A stretch of 64,000 bases of DNA from Eledone cirrhosa (taxonomy: Eukaryota), in assembly GCA_964016885.1 (NCBI GenBank), contig OZ024756.1:23622001-23686000 (forward strand), given 5' to 3'. The translations under genes and the position numbers were made by a program. The notes under the pieces are model-generated. The model worked only from the letters and a program-made list of their open reading frames with translations. It was not told where the DNA came from and did not search any database. Every line of letters begins with the position of its first letter. Within the stretch, counting starts at the first letter, position 1. Positions 28,972-44,872 of this stretch are shown here, one piece after another.

Positions 28972-31418
28972 TCGACATTTTCAAAAACACACTTTTCATA
29001 TGGATTTTTTTTTTTCGACCTTTTACAAAACACTTTTCATACAGATTTTTTTCGACACTTTCAAAAACACACTTTTCATATAGATTTTTTTCGGTCTTTT
29101 ACGAAACACACTTTTCATATAGATTTTTTTCGGTCTTTTACAAAACACACTTTTCATAGATTTTTTTTTTGACACTTTCAAAAACACACTTTTCATATAG
29201 ATTTTTTTTTTACCTTTTACAAAACACACTTTTCATACAGATTTTTTTTTCGATCTTTCATAAAACACACTTTTCATATAGATTGTTTTCGGTCTTTTAC
29301 AAAACACACTTTTCATATAGATATTTTTTTCGACACTTTCAAAAACACACTTTTCATATAGATTTTTTTTTGACCTTTTACAAAACACACTTTTCATACA
29401 AATTTTTTTTTCGATCTTTCATAAAACACACTTTTCATAGATTTTTTTTCGACCTTTTACAAAACACACTTTTCATATAGATTTTTTTTCGACACTTTCA
29501 AAAACACACTTTTCATATAGATTTTTTTTCGGTCTTTTACAAAACACACTTTTCATATAGATTTTTTTTCGACACTTTCAAAAACACACTTTTCATATAG
29601 ATTTTTTTCGGTCTTTTACAAAACACACTTTTCATATAGATTTATTTTTCGACACTTTCAAAAACACACTTTTCATATAGATTTTTTTTTTACCTTTTAC
29701 AAAACACACTTTTAATATAGATTTTTTTTTCGATCTTTCATAAAACACACTTTTCATAGATTTTTTTCGACCTTTTACAAAACACACTTTTCATATAGAT
29801 TTTTTTCGGTCTTTTACAAAACACACTTTTCATATAGATTTTTTTTCGACACTTTCAAAAACACACTTTTCATATAGATTTTTTTCGGTCTTTTACAAAA
29901 CACACTTTTCATATAGATTTTTTTCGACACTTTCAAAAACACACTTTTCATATAGATTTTTTTTTGACCTTTTACAAAACACACTTTTCATATAGATTTT
30001 TTTTTCGACACTTTCAAAAACACACTTTTCATATAGATTTTTTTTTGACCTTTTACAAAACACACTTTTCATACAGATTTTTTTTTCGATCTTTCATAAA
30101 ACACACTTTTCATAGATTTATTTTCGACACTTTCAAAAACACACTTTTCATATAGATTTTTTCGGTCTTTCACAAAATACTTTTCATACAGATTTTTTTC
30201 GACACTTTCAAAAACACACTTTTCATATAGATTTTATTCGGTCTTTCACAAAATACTTTTCATACAGATTTTTTTCGACACTTTCAAAAACACACTTTTC
30301 ATATGGATTTTGTTTCGGTCTTTCACAAAATACTTTTCATACAGATTTTTTTTCGACCTTTTACAAAACACACTTTTCATACAGATTTTTGTTCGATCTT
30401 TCACAAAACACACTTTTCATACAGATTTTTTTTTCGATCTTTCATAAAACACACTTTTCATAGATTTATTTTCGACCTTTTACAAAACACACTTTTCATA
30501 TAGATTTTTTTTCGACACTTTCAAAAACACACTTTTCATATAGATTTTTTTCGACACTTTCAAAAACACACTTTTCATATAGATTTTTTTCGGTCTTTTA
30601 CAAAACACACTTTTCATATAGATTTTTTTTTCGACACTTTCAAAAACACACTTTTCATATAGATTTTTTTTTGACCTTTTACAAAACACTTTTCATACAG
30701 ATTTTTTTTTCGATCTTTCATAAAACACACTTTTCATAGATTTATTTTCGACCTTTTACAAAACACCCTTTTCATATAGATTTTTTTTCGACACTTTCAA
30801 AAACACACTTTTCATATAGATTTTTTCGGTCTTTCACAAAATACTTTTCATACAGATTTTTTTCGACACTTTCAAAAACACACTTTTCATATAGATTTTG
30901 TTTCGGTCTTTCACAAAATACTTTTCATACAGATTTTTTTTCGACCTTTTACAAAACACACTTTTCATATAGATTTTTTTTCGACACTTTCAAAAACACA
31001 CTTTTCATATAGATTTTTTCGATCTTTCACAAAATACTTTTCATACAGATTTTTTTCGACACTTTCAAAAACACACTTTTCATATAGATTTTGTTTCGGT
31101 CTTTCACAAAATACTTTTCATACAGATTTTTTTTCGACCTTTTACAAAACACACTTTTCATACAGATTTTTGTTCGATCTTTCACAAAACACACTTTTCA
31201 TACAGATTTTTTTCGACACTTTCAAAAACACACTTTTTATATAGATCTTTTTTCGACACTTTCAAAAACAGATTTCATATAGATTTTTTTTCGACGTTTT
31301 ACAAAACATGGTTTTCATATAGATCTTTTGCGACACTTTCAAAAACATACATTTCATATAGAATTGTTTTCGACCGTTCTCAAAACATGCTTTTCATATA
31401 GATTTTTTTTCGACACTT
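28972..31418 (+). repeat. ~35-36-bp satellite (ttcgacactttcaaaaacacacttttcatatagatttt)n
   Basis: 2.4-kb tandem array with 3-4 alternating unit variants. Confidence 0.95.
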
Positions 31419-31484
31419 GCATTGGCGCCTCTGGGCTATACTCCGCTTGTCCTAGCGCTACGTGTCTGGCTATGGCTTGCATTG

Positions 31485-31540
<56 letters not shown>

Positions 31541-31691
31541 TGTGTGATTGTATATATATATATATCGTGTTGGGCACACATGCGGTCACTATTTTTTTTA
31601 TTCATTCTTCATTTTATGTACATAGTATGCATGTAAGTGTATATGTGTGTATTTACATGCATATATATGTTTGTGTGTGTGCGTATGTATA

Positions 31692-31735
<44 letters not shown>

Positions 31736-32164
31736 TATACACGCACACACACACACATACACATACATATACATACATATACGCGCGTGTGCATGCGTGT
31801 GCTAACGTATGTGGGCTGAACGCGTTCAAGTATGTGTGTGTGTGTGTGTGTGTCTGTGTGTCTGTGTGCGTGTGTGTGCATGTGTGTGTGTGTGTTGTAA
31901 TTACGGAGAATAATATAGTTATAAATATGTGTGGTATGTTACAGATGAGAAACGGCGAGATGGTGGAATAGCGGGGAAGAGAGAAGAGAGTGGGAGAATG
32001 ATTGGAGAAAGAGAGAAAGGGAGAGAATGAGAAAGATAGAGAGAGAAGGGGAAAATGGAGAAAGAGAGAAAGAGAGGAAGTGAGAAAGAGAGAAAGTGAA
32101 AGAAGGATATATAAAGAGAAATGGGGATGGGGAAGACTGCTAGTGCTCGGTACATACACTTAAA

Positions 32165-32695
32165 CAGGCACACACAGAGAAGCACACATACACACACACA
32201 CAAAGAGGCACACATACACACAGAATCACACATAGGCACACACACAGGCAAGCACACACACTAAGGCAAACATACACACACAGAAACACACATACACACG
32301 CATACAGGCACAGGGAAAGAGAGAGGCACGCAGAGAGAGAGAGAGAGAGAGAGAGGCGCTCGCGCGCACACACACATACACCCACACACGCACACATATA
32401 CACTCACACACACACACACAAAGAGGCACACATACACACAGAAGCACACATAGGCACACACACTGAGGCACACATACACACACAGAAACACATGCACACG
32501 CATACAGGCACAGGGAAAGAGTGAGGCACGCAGAGAGAGAGAGAGAGAGAGAGAGGCGCTCGCGCGCACACACACATACACCCACACACGCACACATATA
32601 CACTCACACACACACAAAGAGGCACACATACACACAGAAGCACACATAGGCACACACACAGGCAAGCACACACACACATACACCCACACACGCAC

Positions 32696-32726
<31 letters not shown>

Positions 32727-33345
32727 AAGAGGCACACATACACACAGAAGCACACATAGGCACACACAGGAAAGCACACACACTGAGGCACACATACACA
32801 CACAGAAACACATACACACGCATACAGGCACAGGGAAAGAGAGAGGCACGCAGAGAGAGAGAGAGAGAGGCGCTCGCGCACACACACATACACCCACACA
32901 CGCACACATATACACTCACACACACACACACAAAGATGCACACATACACACAGAAGCACACATAGGCACACACACAGGCAAGCACACACACTAAGGCAAA
33001 CATACACACACAGAAACACACATACACACGCATACAGGCACAGGGAAAGAGAGAGGCACGTAGAGAAAGAGAGAGGCGCACGCACACACACACATACACC
33101 CACACACGCACACATATACACTCACACACACACACACAAAGAGGCACACATACACACAGAAGCACACATAGGCACACACACTGAGGCACACATACACACA
33201 CAGAAACACATGCACACGCATACAGGCACAGGGAAAGAGAGAGGCGCGCGCACGCACACACATACCCTCCCCCCCCCCTCCACACACACACACACACACA
33301 TACACTCACACACACATACACTCACACACACATACACACACAAAC
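32165..33345 (+). repeat. Tandem ~170-200-bp CA/GA-rich units
   Basis: Recurring catacaggcacagggaaagagagaggcacg. Confidence 0.85.
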
Positions 33346-33537
33346 ACACAGAACCGTAAAAGAGCGTGAAAGAGCGCTGGTTGATCATTCCGATTTCCTA
33401 ATTGCCCTGTCGTCGAAACATTGAATGAAGTTAATAGAAGAGTCGTGTACATAGCAACTTTAGTGTTATTTGCTACACAAAACACGTAGCGTCACTGGAA
33501 ATCTTGGCTACGTCACAAATTGGAGGTATTATATATT

Positions 33538-33616
<79 letters not shown>

Positions 33617-33670
33617 AATATATATATATATTTGTGTATATATATTTATATATATATTTATATATATATT

Positions 33671-33709
<39 letters not shown>

Positions 33710-34779
33710 ATATATATATATATTTGTATATATATATTTGTATATATATATATATATGTATATATATACATATATATATATGTATATATACATATATATA
33801 CATTTGTGTTTATATATGTATATATATAATATATATACATACATACATTTGTGTTTATATATGTATATATATATATCATATATATATGTATATATATATA
33901 TATATATTTCAAGAAATGACAAGACAAACACAATTTATATATATGTGTGTGTATGTGTATGTGTGTGTATGTGTGTGTGTGGAGTGGACAAATGGAAAGG
34001 CGTTGGGATGTGGGCGTGTGGAGGGAATATGGTGGCAGTGTGTGTGTGTGTATGTGTGTGTTTGTCTCTTTGTTTTTTTCACTATATGTGCTTGTGGCTG
34101 TTTGTACGTGTGGGTGTTTGTCTGTATGTGGGCTTGTTTGTGTTTGCGTGATTTCCTACGTGTATGCGCGTGTGTGAATGTGTGTTTATATGCATGTATG
34201 TGTGTGTGTATATGTATGTGTTTAACTACATACGTGTGTGTAAGTGTGTGTATATGCATGTATGTGTGTGTGTGTATGTGTATGTGTTTAACTACATACG
34301 TGTGTGAATGTGTGTTTATATGCATGTATGTGTGTGTGTGTGTATATGTATGTGTTTAACTACATACGTGTGTGTAAGTGTGTGTGTACTTAACTACACA
34401 TGTGTGGGTGTGGGTGTGTGTGTGTGTGTGTCAGCTTCTGCTTCTAATAACATTCATAAACAGTTTTAAAATGATTTTCACTAGTCGCTTGTTTTCAACT
34501 ACATGATACCTGACACAGTGGCAGCGTTGGCGGTGGGAGAGGTGGGGACGGTGGTCATGGGGAGATCTGTGGTAGTGATAGGGTGGAGGTAGGGTTTGTG
34601 GTGGGGGGGAGACAACAGAGAGAGAGAGAGAGAGAGAGAGATGGAATTGAAAAGAAAAGATATGTTAAGAGAGAGAGTGAGGGAAGGAGAGAGAAGTGAT
34701 AAAGTGAAAGGAGAGAGGGAGAGAAGAGGAGAGGAGAGAGTTAAAGAGAGAGCTAGAGAGAGAGGAAATGAAGAGAATG

Positions 34780-34990
34780 GTTCCACCATTTTAGTCTGCA
34801 TGATGTCCTTTAGGCTCTCAAAGCGGGAGCAATTCAGTGGCATCTTCATTTTAGGGAGCAACCAGAAGTCAGAAGGGGCCATGTCCAGACAGTATGGAAC
34901 TTGGTAAAGGGTAAAATGCTTTTCTTTTTTTTTTTTTGCGAAGAAACCTGAGATGAGGGATGGCGAATGTGCCGGGGCGTTGTTACGATA
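34780..34990 (-). pseudogene. Mariner transposase C-terminal fragment
   Basis: NNAPAHS..FFAK..PYCLDMAPSDFWLLPKMKMPL..SRFE (compare HDNAPAH / YSPDLAPSD). Confidence 0.8.
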
Positions 34991-35149
34991 CAACTGCCTG
35001 CTTTCTCGAGGAGCAGCCAGACGTGGCTCCTTCTGACTGGGATTTGAACTCAGAGAGCCCATCTCCTCTTCTCCACGTCTACACACAGCCGATTTCTTCC
35101 AGAGAAGGATAGAAAGTGGGAGAATGGAAGTGAGAAAGAAACATAGAAG

Positions 35150-35310
35150 ACCATTCAACTCCTGTACTAGACTGGTACAATATTTTATCGATCTCGAAAG
35201 GATAAAAGGCAGAGTTGATTCTGCGAGATTTGAACTCAGAGAACAGATAGGCGAAATGAATACCGCAAAGCATTTTATCCGACGTTCTAAAGACTCTGTG
35301 AATTATTCGT
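35150..35310 (-). mobile_element. Diverged SINE family 1
   Basis: ttttatcgatctcgaaaggataaaaggc..tttgaactcag. Confidence 0.7.
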
Positions 35311-35693
35311 CTCGTAAGAAACAAATACTAAGATTTAAATAATTTCGCCTAACCCTTTTTATATCGAACTGCCTCAAATCACATCTGGATGCCTTGATAC
35401 AAAAGTGTTTATTTTACAAGTGTTCATCATACCTACCTAAAAACATCCATCAGAATTTTATGTAAGAAACTTTATTAAGTGGCGTTCCAAACCTATTAAT
35501 GGAGCAGTTAGTTATTTTACTAAATTCTTTCAATATTTTTATTATTTCAAAACTATATAAAGGTTAATATAAAGGATAATATAAAGGTTAATATTTGAAC
35601 TAGACGTGAGACGTGGCAATGTCACTTACAACTAACAATTAATATCGTGTGCCACCCCACCCCCACCCCCCTCTCTTTCTCTCTCTCTCTGTA

Positions 35694-35730
<37 letters not shown>

Positions 35731-35767
35731 TCGCTACTGTTTTTCTATAATAATGTTGGGATGAATT

Positions 35768-35868
<101 letters not shown>

Positions 35869-35927
35869 TGACATATTCAGTACCTATTGTGAGAGTCGTT
35901 GCCTCTCGAGTTGCATCGGAATCCTAC

Positions 35928-35978
<51 letters not shown>

Positions 35979-35988
35979 GTATATATAC

Positions 35989-36030
<42 letters not shown>

Positions 36031-36043
36031 AGTTATGTATTTA

Positions 36044-36157
<114 letters not shown>

Positions 36158-36351
36158 ATGTGTGTGTAGAAAAAGAGAGAAAGAGAGAGTGAGAGAAAGT
36201 TCCTAAGCACTCAAACACTTACAATAGCACGTGTATCATTTTAATAATTTGAAAAACGTTATATTTCCATTTTCCATTTATTCATTACTAAAATAAAAAT
36301 GCACACACACATATATATATACACACACAAATATACATATATGTACACATT

Positions 36352-36497
<146 letters not shown>

Positions 36498-37910
36498 ACA
36501 CACTTATATATACATATATATATTATACATATATATAATGTGTTTGTAAGTGTGTGTGTGTATATATGTGTGTGTGTATGTGTGTGTGTGTAACATTTTG
36601 TCCTTTCACCATTTAAAACGTTCGTGAATATTGCAAAAGTAGAATTTGCAAGAAAAAGATAAACAAATAAATAAATAAACTCTACAACTCTGATCTCCCT
36701 CAACACAACCACCACAACAACAACAACCACCACCACAACAACAACAACCACCACAACAACCACCACAACAACCACTACAACAACAACCACCACAACAACC
36801 ACCACAACAACCACCACAACAACAACCACCACAACAACCACCACCACAACCACAACCACCATCACAATAACCACCACAACAACAACAACCACCATCATAA
36901 TAACCACCACAACAACAACCACCACAACAACCACCACAACAACAACAACCACCACCACAACCACAACCACCACCACAACAACCACCACAACAACAACCAC
37001 CACCACCACAACCACAACCACCACCACAACCACCACCACCACAACCACTATAACCACCACCACCACAATCACCACAACCACCACCACCACAATCACCACA
37101 ATCACCACAACCAACACCACAACAACCACCACAACAACAACCACCACAACAACCATCACAACAACAACAACCATCACCACAACCACAACCACCACCACAA
37201 CCACCACCACCACAACCACCACAACCACCACCACCACAACCACCACAACAACAACAACCACCACCACAACCACAACCACCACCACAACCACAACCACCAC
37301 CACAACCACCACCACCACAACCATCACCACCACAATCACCACAACCACCACCACCATCACCACCACCACCACCACAACCACCACAACCACCACAACCACC
37401 ACAACCACCACCACCACCACAACCACCACAACCACCACCACAACAACCACAACCACCACCACCACAACCACGACAAACCATCACCACCACAATCACCACA
37501 ACCACCACCACCGCCACTAATACTACACATAAACAACAACAACAACATCGAACAAAGCTATTCCAGTTTCTTTCAAAATATTGAAAAAAAGCGAAAAATG
37601 AAATAAAACATTAACAAGACATCTTGCACCTTTAGAAGAAGAGAGGAGGAGGAGAAGGGGTGTGGGGGGGGGGAGAAGAAGAAGAAGAAGAAGAAGAAGA
37701 AGAAGAAGAAGAAGAAGAAGAAGAAGAAGAAGAAGAAAAAGAAGAAGAAGAAGAAGAAGAAGAAGAAGAAGAATGATAATGGTAATGGTAAAAAAAAAGT
37801 AATAATGTCAGGAAGACACTCGGCAAGAAATGAAAACAAAACTTAAGGAAGAGGGGAGAAAAAATACCATCAACACCACCAACACCACCACCACCGACAA
37901 CAACAACAGC

Positions 37911-37988
<78 letters not shown>

Positions 37989-38260
37989 CACAACAACAAC
38001 AACAATGATGAAATAAATTAAAATAAAATCAGAGAAGAGATGAGAAAAACTAAAGTAAAAATGGAAAACAAGGAAATATGCGAAGGTCTGTAACATAAAC
38101 CATTTAAATTTCACCTCTTGAGAAATGGTTCTTCAGTAATTCTTCTGTTAAAAATCTCTCAACAATCTATCTTATTCCATTGCAACAGACGTCATCAGGT
38201 AAGAACAACCAAAAATGACTCACATCCTGTCGTCTGCCTCTTCCAATTTCTCCACACCAA

Positions 38261-38319
<59 letters not shown>

Positions 38320-38324
38320 TCTTC

Positions 38325-38666
38325 CCAGCATTTTGTTGAAAGATGGGTGAGAGAAGCAAGAATGGCCCGAGTATGTATGGCCTACTCTGAGTATGTATCT
38401 GTAAATTAAAGGTGGAAAACTGGGAGAGGGCACTTGCCTTGGTGGTCAGGGTCACTGTGGGCTTTTACTGGGCTTTCTCCACAAATGTCCCTCCGAAGTC
38501 TCCCCCCTATTGGGGAATTTTTCATTGTTATTTTTTGTTACATCCTCTGTTTTTGTTTTTTACACGCAGAAATGGCCATTTGTACCGTCCTGTATTGTCC
38601 TGCACTGTCCTTAATGTCTACTTTATGTAAACCCTTGTGGTTAATAAAGAAATCATTATTATTATT
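38325..38666 (+). mobile_element. LINE 3' end (L1/Tx1-like) in (TTA)n; partial inverted copy at ~48090-48200
   Basis: FVERWVREARMARV ORF end, UTR, AATAAA then (att)n; clade assignment tentative. Confidence 0.55.
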
Positions 38667-38860
38667 GGGCGGTGGATTGGCAGTATCGGTAGAGAGTCGG
38701 ACACCAGGCTTTGAAGCAAAGAGTTATGTCCCTTTATGGTCTGAGTTCAAATCCCGCCGAGGTTAACTTTGCCTTTCATCCTTACGGGGAGTCGATAAAA
38801 TAAAGTACCGGTAATACACTGGGTATTTGCTGGCCTTGTGCCAAAAGTAGAAACAATTAT
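38667..38860 (+). mobile_element. SINE family 1
   Basis: Full head to tail. Confidence 0.85.
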
Positions 38861-38916
38861 TATTATTGTTGTTGTTATTATTATTTTTGTTATTATTACC
38901 GTTTGGGTTATCGTTG

Positions 38917-38948
<32 letters not shown>

Positions 38949-39042
38949 GGTGGTGGTGGTGGTGGTGGTGGTGGTGGTGGTGGTGGTGGTGATGGTGGTG
39001 TTGGTCTCATCATCATCATTATCGTCTTCATCATCATCACCC

Positions 39043-39084
<42 letters not shown>

Positions 39085-39282
39085 CTACCATCATTATCAT
39101 CATCATCATCATTGTCATCATCACCATCATCATCACCATCACCATCATTGTCATCATCACCATCGCCGACATCGTCATCATCATCATCATCATCATCGTT
39201 AATGTCATCATCATCATCATCATCATCATCATCACCATCGTCGTCATCCTCATCATCATCCTCACCATCACCATCATCAATG

Positions 39283-39314
<32 letters not shown>

Positions 39315-39408
39315 GTCATCATCATCATCATCATCAACATCAACATCAACATTACCGTCTTCACATCATCTTTATCATTACCAGCACTGCCACCATTACA
39401 ATATCATT

Positions 39409-39460
<52 letters not shown>

Positions 39461-39547
39461 CCCTTATCGTCATCATCATTAACATCATCACCATCGTCAA
39501 TACAGGAAAATACAGGAACTCTTGTGTGATGGAAGACATAACTGCTA

Positions 39548-39982
<435 letters not shown>

Positions 39983-40007
39983 GTGTGTGTGTATATATAT
40001 ATATATA

Positions 40008-40494
<487 letters not shown>

Positions 40495-40500
40495 GTATAT

Positions 40501-40578
<78 letters not shown>

Positions 40579-40593
40579 CTATTTATGTGTATG

Positions 40594-40669
<76 letters not shown>

Positions 40670-40672
<3 letters not shown>

Positions 40673-40895
40673 AAGAACGATCGACTTTCGTCAAATCGGA
40701 CCGAGGGAACAATGTTTCCGTTGGTCTTTCCAATTGCTAATACTATCTATCGGTCGCAACTCCAGGTAGAAGGAGCAACGTGAAATAAAGTGTCTTGCTC
40801 AAGGACATAACGCATCGCCTGGTCCAGGAATCGAACTCACAACCTAAGGTTGTGAGTTCGATTCCTGGACCAGGCGATGCGTTATGTCCTTGAGC

Positions 40896-40896
<1 letters not shown>
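40670..40896 (-). mobile_element. tRNA-SINE with a 5' fold-back, inserted in (TA)n
   Basis: Perfect 50-bp arms 40796-40845 and 40847-40896. Confidence 0.8.
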
Positions 40897-40968
<72 letters not shown>

Positions 40969-40977
40969 TATATATAA

Positions 40978-41110
40978 AACGAAGGAGGTGTGGTAAGGAA
41001 CCAGGTGGACTATAATGCACCAGAGAACTCGATACTTTGGGTAGTAGGGTGGGAAAATAGTCAGGACCTCGACGGCAGAGCTCAAGCCGTTTCGACGGCT
41101 ATTTCTGGAC
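40978..41110 (-). mobile_element. Family A copy, single arm
   Basis: Homologous to 7875-8012. Confidence 0.75.
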
Positions 41111-42079
41111 CAATATATTTCCTATATATATACACAGAGGTCCGACAAGCCACACCACACCAAGAACTCAACACCTCTATAGCACCACAACACACCACCA
41201 CCACAAGACTACCACCACCACCACCACCACCACCACCACCACCACCACCACCACCAAAAGACTATCACCACCACCACCACCACCACCACAAGACTACCAC
41301 CACCACCACCACCACCACCACCACCACCACCAAAAGACTATCACCATCACCACCACCACCACCACAAGACTACCACCACCACCACCACCACCACACAGCC
41401 ACTTGAGTTGTGAAATTAAATAGAAAGGTCAGGTTTAACGACAGTTATGGAAACATATTGGTGGTGGTGGTGGTGGTGGTGGTGGTGGTTGTGGTGGTGG
41501 TGGTGGTGGTGGTGGTGGTGGTGGTGGTGGTGGTGGTGGTGGTGGTGGTGGTGGTGGCGGTGGTGGTGGCGGTGGCGGTGGCGGTGGTGGTGGTGGTGGT
41601 GGTGGTGGTGGTGGTGGCGGCGGTGGTGGTGGTGGTGGTGGTGGTGGTGGTGGTGGTGGTGGTGGTGGTGGTGGTGGTGGTGGTGGTGGTGGTGGTGGCG
41701 GTGGTGATGGTGGCGGCAGTGGTGGTGGTGGTGGCGGCGGCAGCGGTGGTGGTGGTGGTGGTGGTGGCGGCGGCAGCGGTGGTGGTGGTGGTGGTGGTGG
41801 TGGTGGTGGTGGTGGTGGTGGTGGTGGTGGTGGTGGCGCTGGTCATGGTGGCGGCAGTGGTGGTGGAGGTGGTGGCGGCAGTGGTGGTGGTGGTGGTGGT
41901 TTGCGGGGGCAGTAATGATGTTTATGGCGACGGTGATGATGATCGTAAGGCTGATGATGTTGGTGACGATGGTGATAGTGATGATGGTGATGATGTTGGC
42001 GATAGAATGATAGTGGTGAGGGTGATGATGATGGCAATGGATGTTATAGAGATGATGATGATGATGATGATTGATTGAT

Positions 42080-42111
<32 letters not shown>

Positions 42112-42120
42112 GATTGATTG

Positions 42121-42152
<32 letters not shown>

Positions 42153-42184
42153 GGTGGTGATGATGATGGTGGTGATGATGATGG

Positions 42185-42245
<61 letters not shown>

Positions 42246-42483
42246 AGCGATGATGGCAATCATAAGAGCTCCTTATTGACACATGTGTTCTTTTCGAGAA
42301 ATCTTTAATGATGGCCGACCTGCATCACTCACCACACCGTACCGCATCCCTCCTTCTCTCTCACCACTCTTTTTTTCTTCTGATGTATTCCTAGCTCTAC
42401 CCACTCCTCTTATTTCATATCATCACTCCAACTCCCTCCCTCCCTTATTCCTATCTACTTCTAAACCATCCATACACTGGCTT

Positions 42484-42540
<57 letters not shown>

Positions 42541-43471
42541 CCTTTCACTCTTTCACTTTCTCTCTCTCTCTCCCCCTCTCTCTCTCTCTCTTTCTCTCAC
42601 ACACTCCCTCTCTCTCTCTCTCTCTCTCTCTCCTTCATACAGGTGAGCACTCTACAAATCTTGATACACTGCCACCACCACTACCACCACACCACAGTCA
42701 CCCACCCCACCACCACCACCACAGTCACCACCATCACCACCCCCACCACACCACAGTCACCACCATCACCACCACCACCACAGTCACCACCATCACCACC
42801 CCCACCGCCACCATAGTCACCAACCCCACCACCACCACCACAGTCACCACCATCACCAACCCCACCCCACCACCACAGTCGCCACCCCCACCACCATCAC
42901 CACAGTCACCACCCCCACCACCACCACAGTCACCGCCATCACCACCCCCACCGCCACCACAGTCACCACCATCACCACCACCTCCACCACCACAGTCGCC
43001 ACCATCACCACCACCACAGTCACCACCACCACCACAGTCACCACCACCACCACAGTCACCACCACCACCAGCACCACCACCACAGTCGCCAACACCACCA
43101 CCACAGTCACCACCGCCACCAACACCACAGTCACCACCACCACCACCACAGTCACCACCATCACCACCACCACCACCACAGTCACCACCCCCACCACCAC
43201 CGCCACAGTCACCACCAACACCACCACCACCACCACCGCCACAGTCACCACCACCACCACCACAGTCACCACCACCCCCACCACCACCACCACAGTCACC
43301 ACCACCACCACCTCCACCGCCTCCACCACCATCATCACTTTGTGTCTTCTATGTATAACATTTGGCTCTTAATTATGTCAGGTGTAACTCAACAGACAAT
43401 AGAATTAAGAGTTGAAATGTGAGGCCGTCACTTTTTATCACTAACAATCTCCTACTCGTCAGCGCGGACAT

Positions 43472-43504
<33 letters not shown>

Positions 43505-43544
43505 CTCCTCCTCCTCCTCCTTCTTCTCCTCCTTCTTCTTCTTC

Positions 43545-43598
<54 letters not shown>

Positions 43599-43654
43599 TC
43601 CTTCTTCTTGTTAAGCAGCGAGAAATTACACCGAATAAATACACAGACACATAA

Positions 43655-43753
<99 letters not shown>

Positions 43754-43787
43754 TATATACATACATGCTGACAAGAACACACACACA

Positions 43788-43822
<35 letters not shown>

Positions 43823-43845
43823 CATGTTTGTGTGTGTTTATGTTC

Positions 43846-43878
<33 letters not shown>

Positions 43879-43896
43879 TATGTGTCTGTGTGTATG

Positions 43897-43929
<33 letters not shown>

Positions 43930-44435
43930 ACATACATACATACATACATACATACATACATACATACACACATACCGCTACATATATATATATATATACA
44001 TATATATACATACAAATAAACATTGATGGCTGAAATATTGGTGCAACCTGAAAATGAAAACTACCGAATTAAAAGCGGGCCTCACGTTGTTAGCTAGTAC
44101 TACCGATAGACAGAGAGATAACTAAGGTGTGGTATACATGAAACCATGGGCTCCTCTTGAAAAGGTCCATCGCTTGGACTAGGGGCACTTTCTGTTTAAG
44201 TCAGATATGCTTTCGTCAGAGAGTGAAAAAAGAAATTTCTTCAGATGTATGATCTGTCTTTGACTATCATGAGTAAGAAGAAGCAATATGGTGGCTGGAT
44301 CATTAAACCATTTATATAAATTATTATGTTTGGGAAAGGGCGCAATTTCACTGCTTCAGGGGTGAAGGGTCCGTGCATGCAAAGCATGCAGTGCATGCTT
44401 TATAGAATCTTGAGTTGATCAATTGCGTCGGTTGA

Positions 44436-44484
44436 AGCAAGCAGAATTTTGGCTGCTTACTAAAACGTGTAGACACAAAAAAAG

Positions 44485-44575
<91 letters not shown>

Positions 44576-44688
44576 ACACAAACACATACAACAAACACAC
44601 GACAGCTTTGGGGCAAGCAGAATTTTGACTGCTTACTAAAACGTATAGACACAAAAAAAGATAACACACACACACACACACAGACACA

Positions 44689-44753
<65 letters not shown>

Positions 44754-44872
44754 CACACAAACACATACAACAAACACACGACAGCTTTGGGGCAAGCAGA
44801 ATTTTGACTGCTTACTAAATCGTATAGACACATAAAAAGATAACACACACACACACACACACACATACACAC
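44436..44872 (+). repeat. Three tandem ~179-bp units
   Basis: gcaagcagaattttg(g/a)ctgcttactaaa occurs three times. Confidence 0.85.

Noticed and set aside
28972-31418. 36-bp repeat array as CRISPR
   Set aside because: No unique spacers, no cas genes, eukaryotic context
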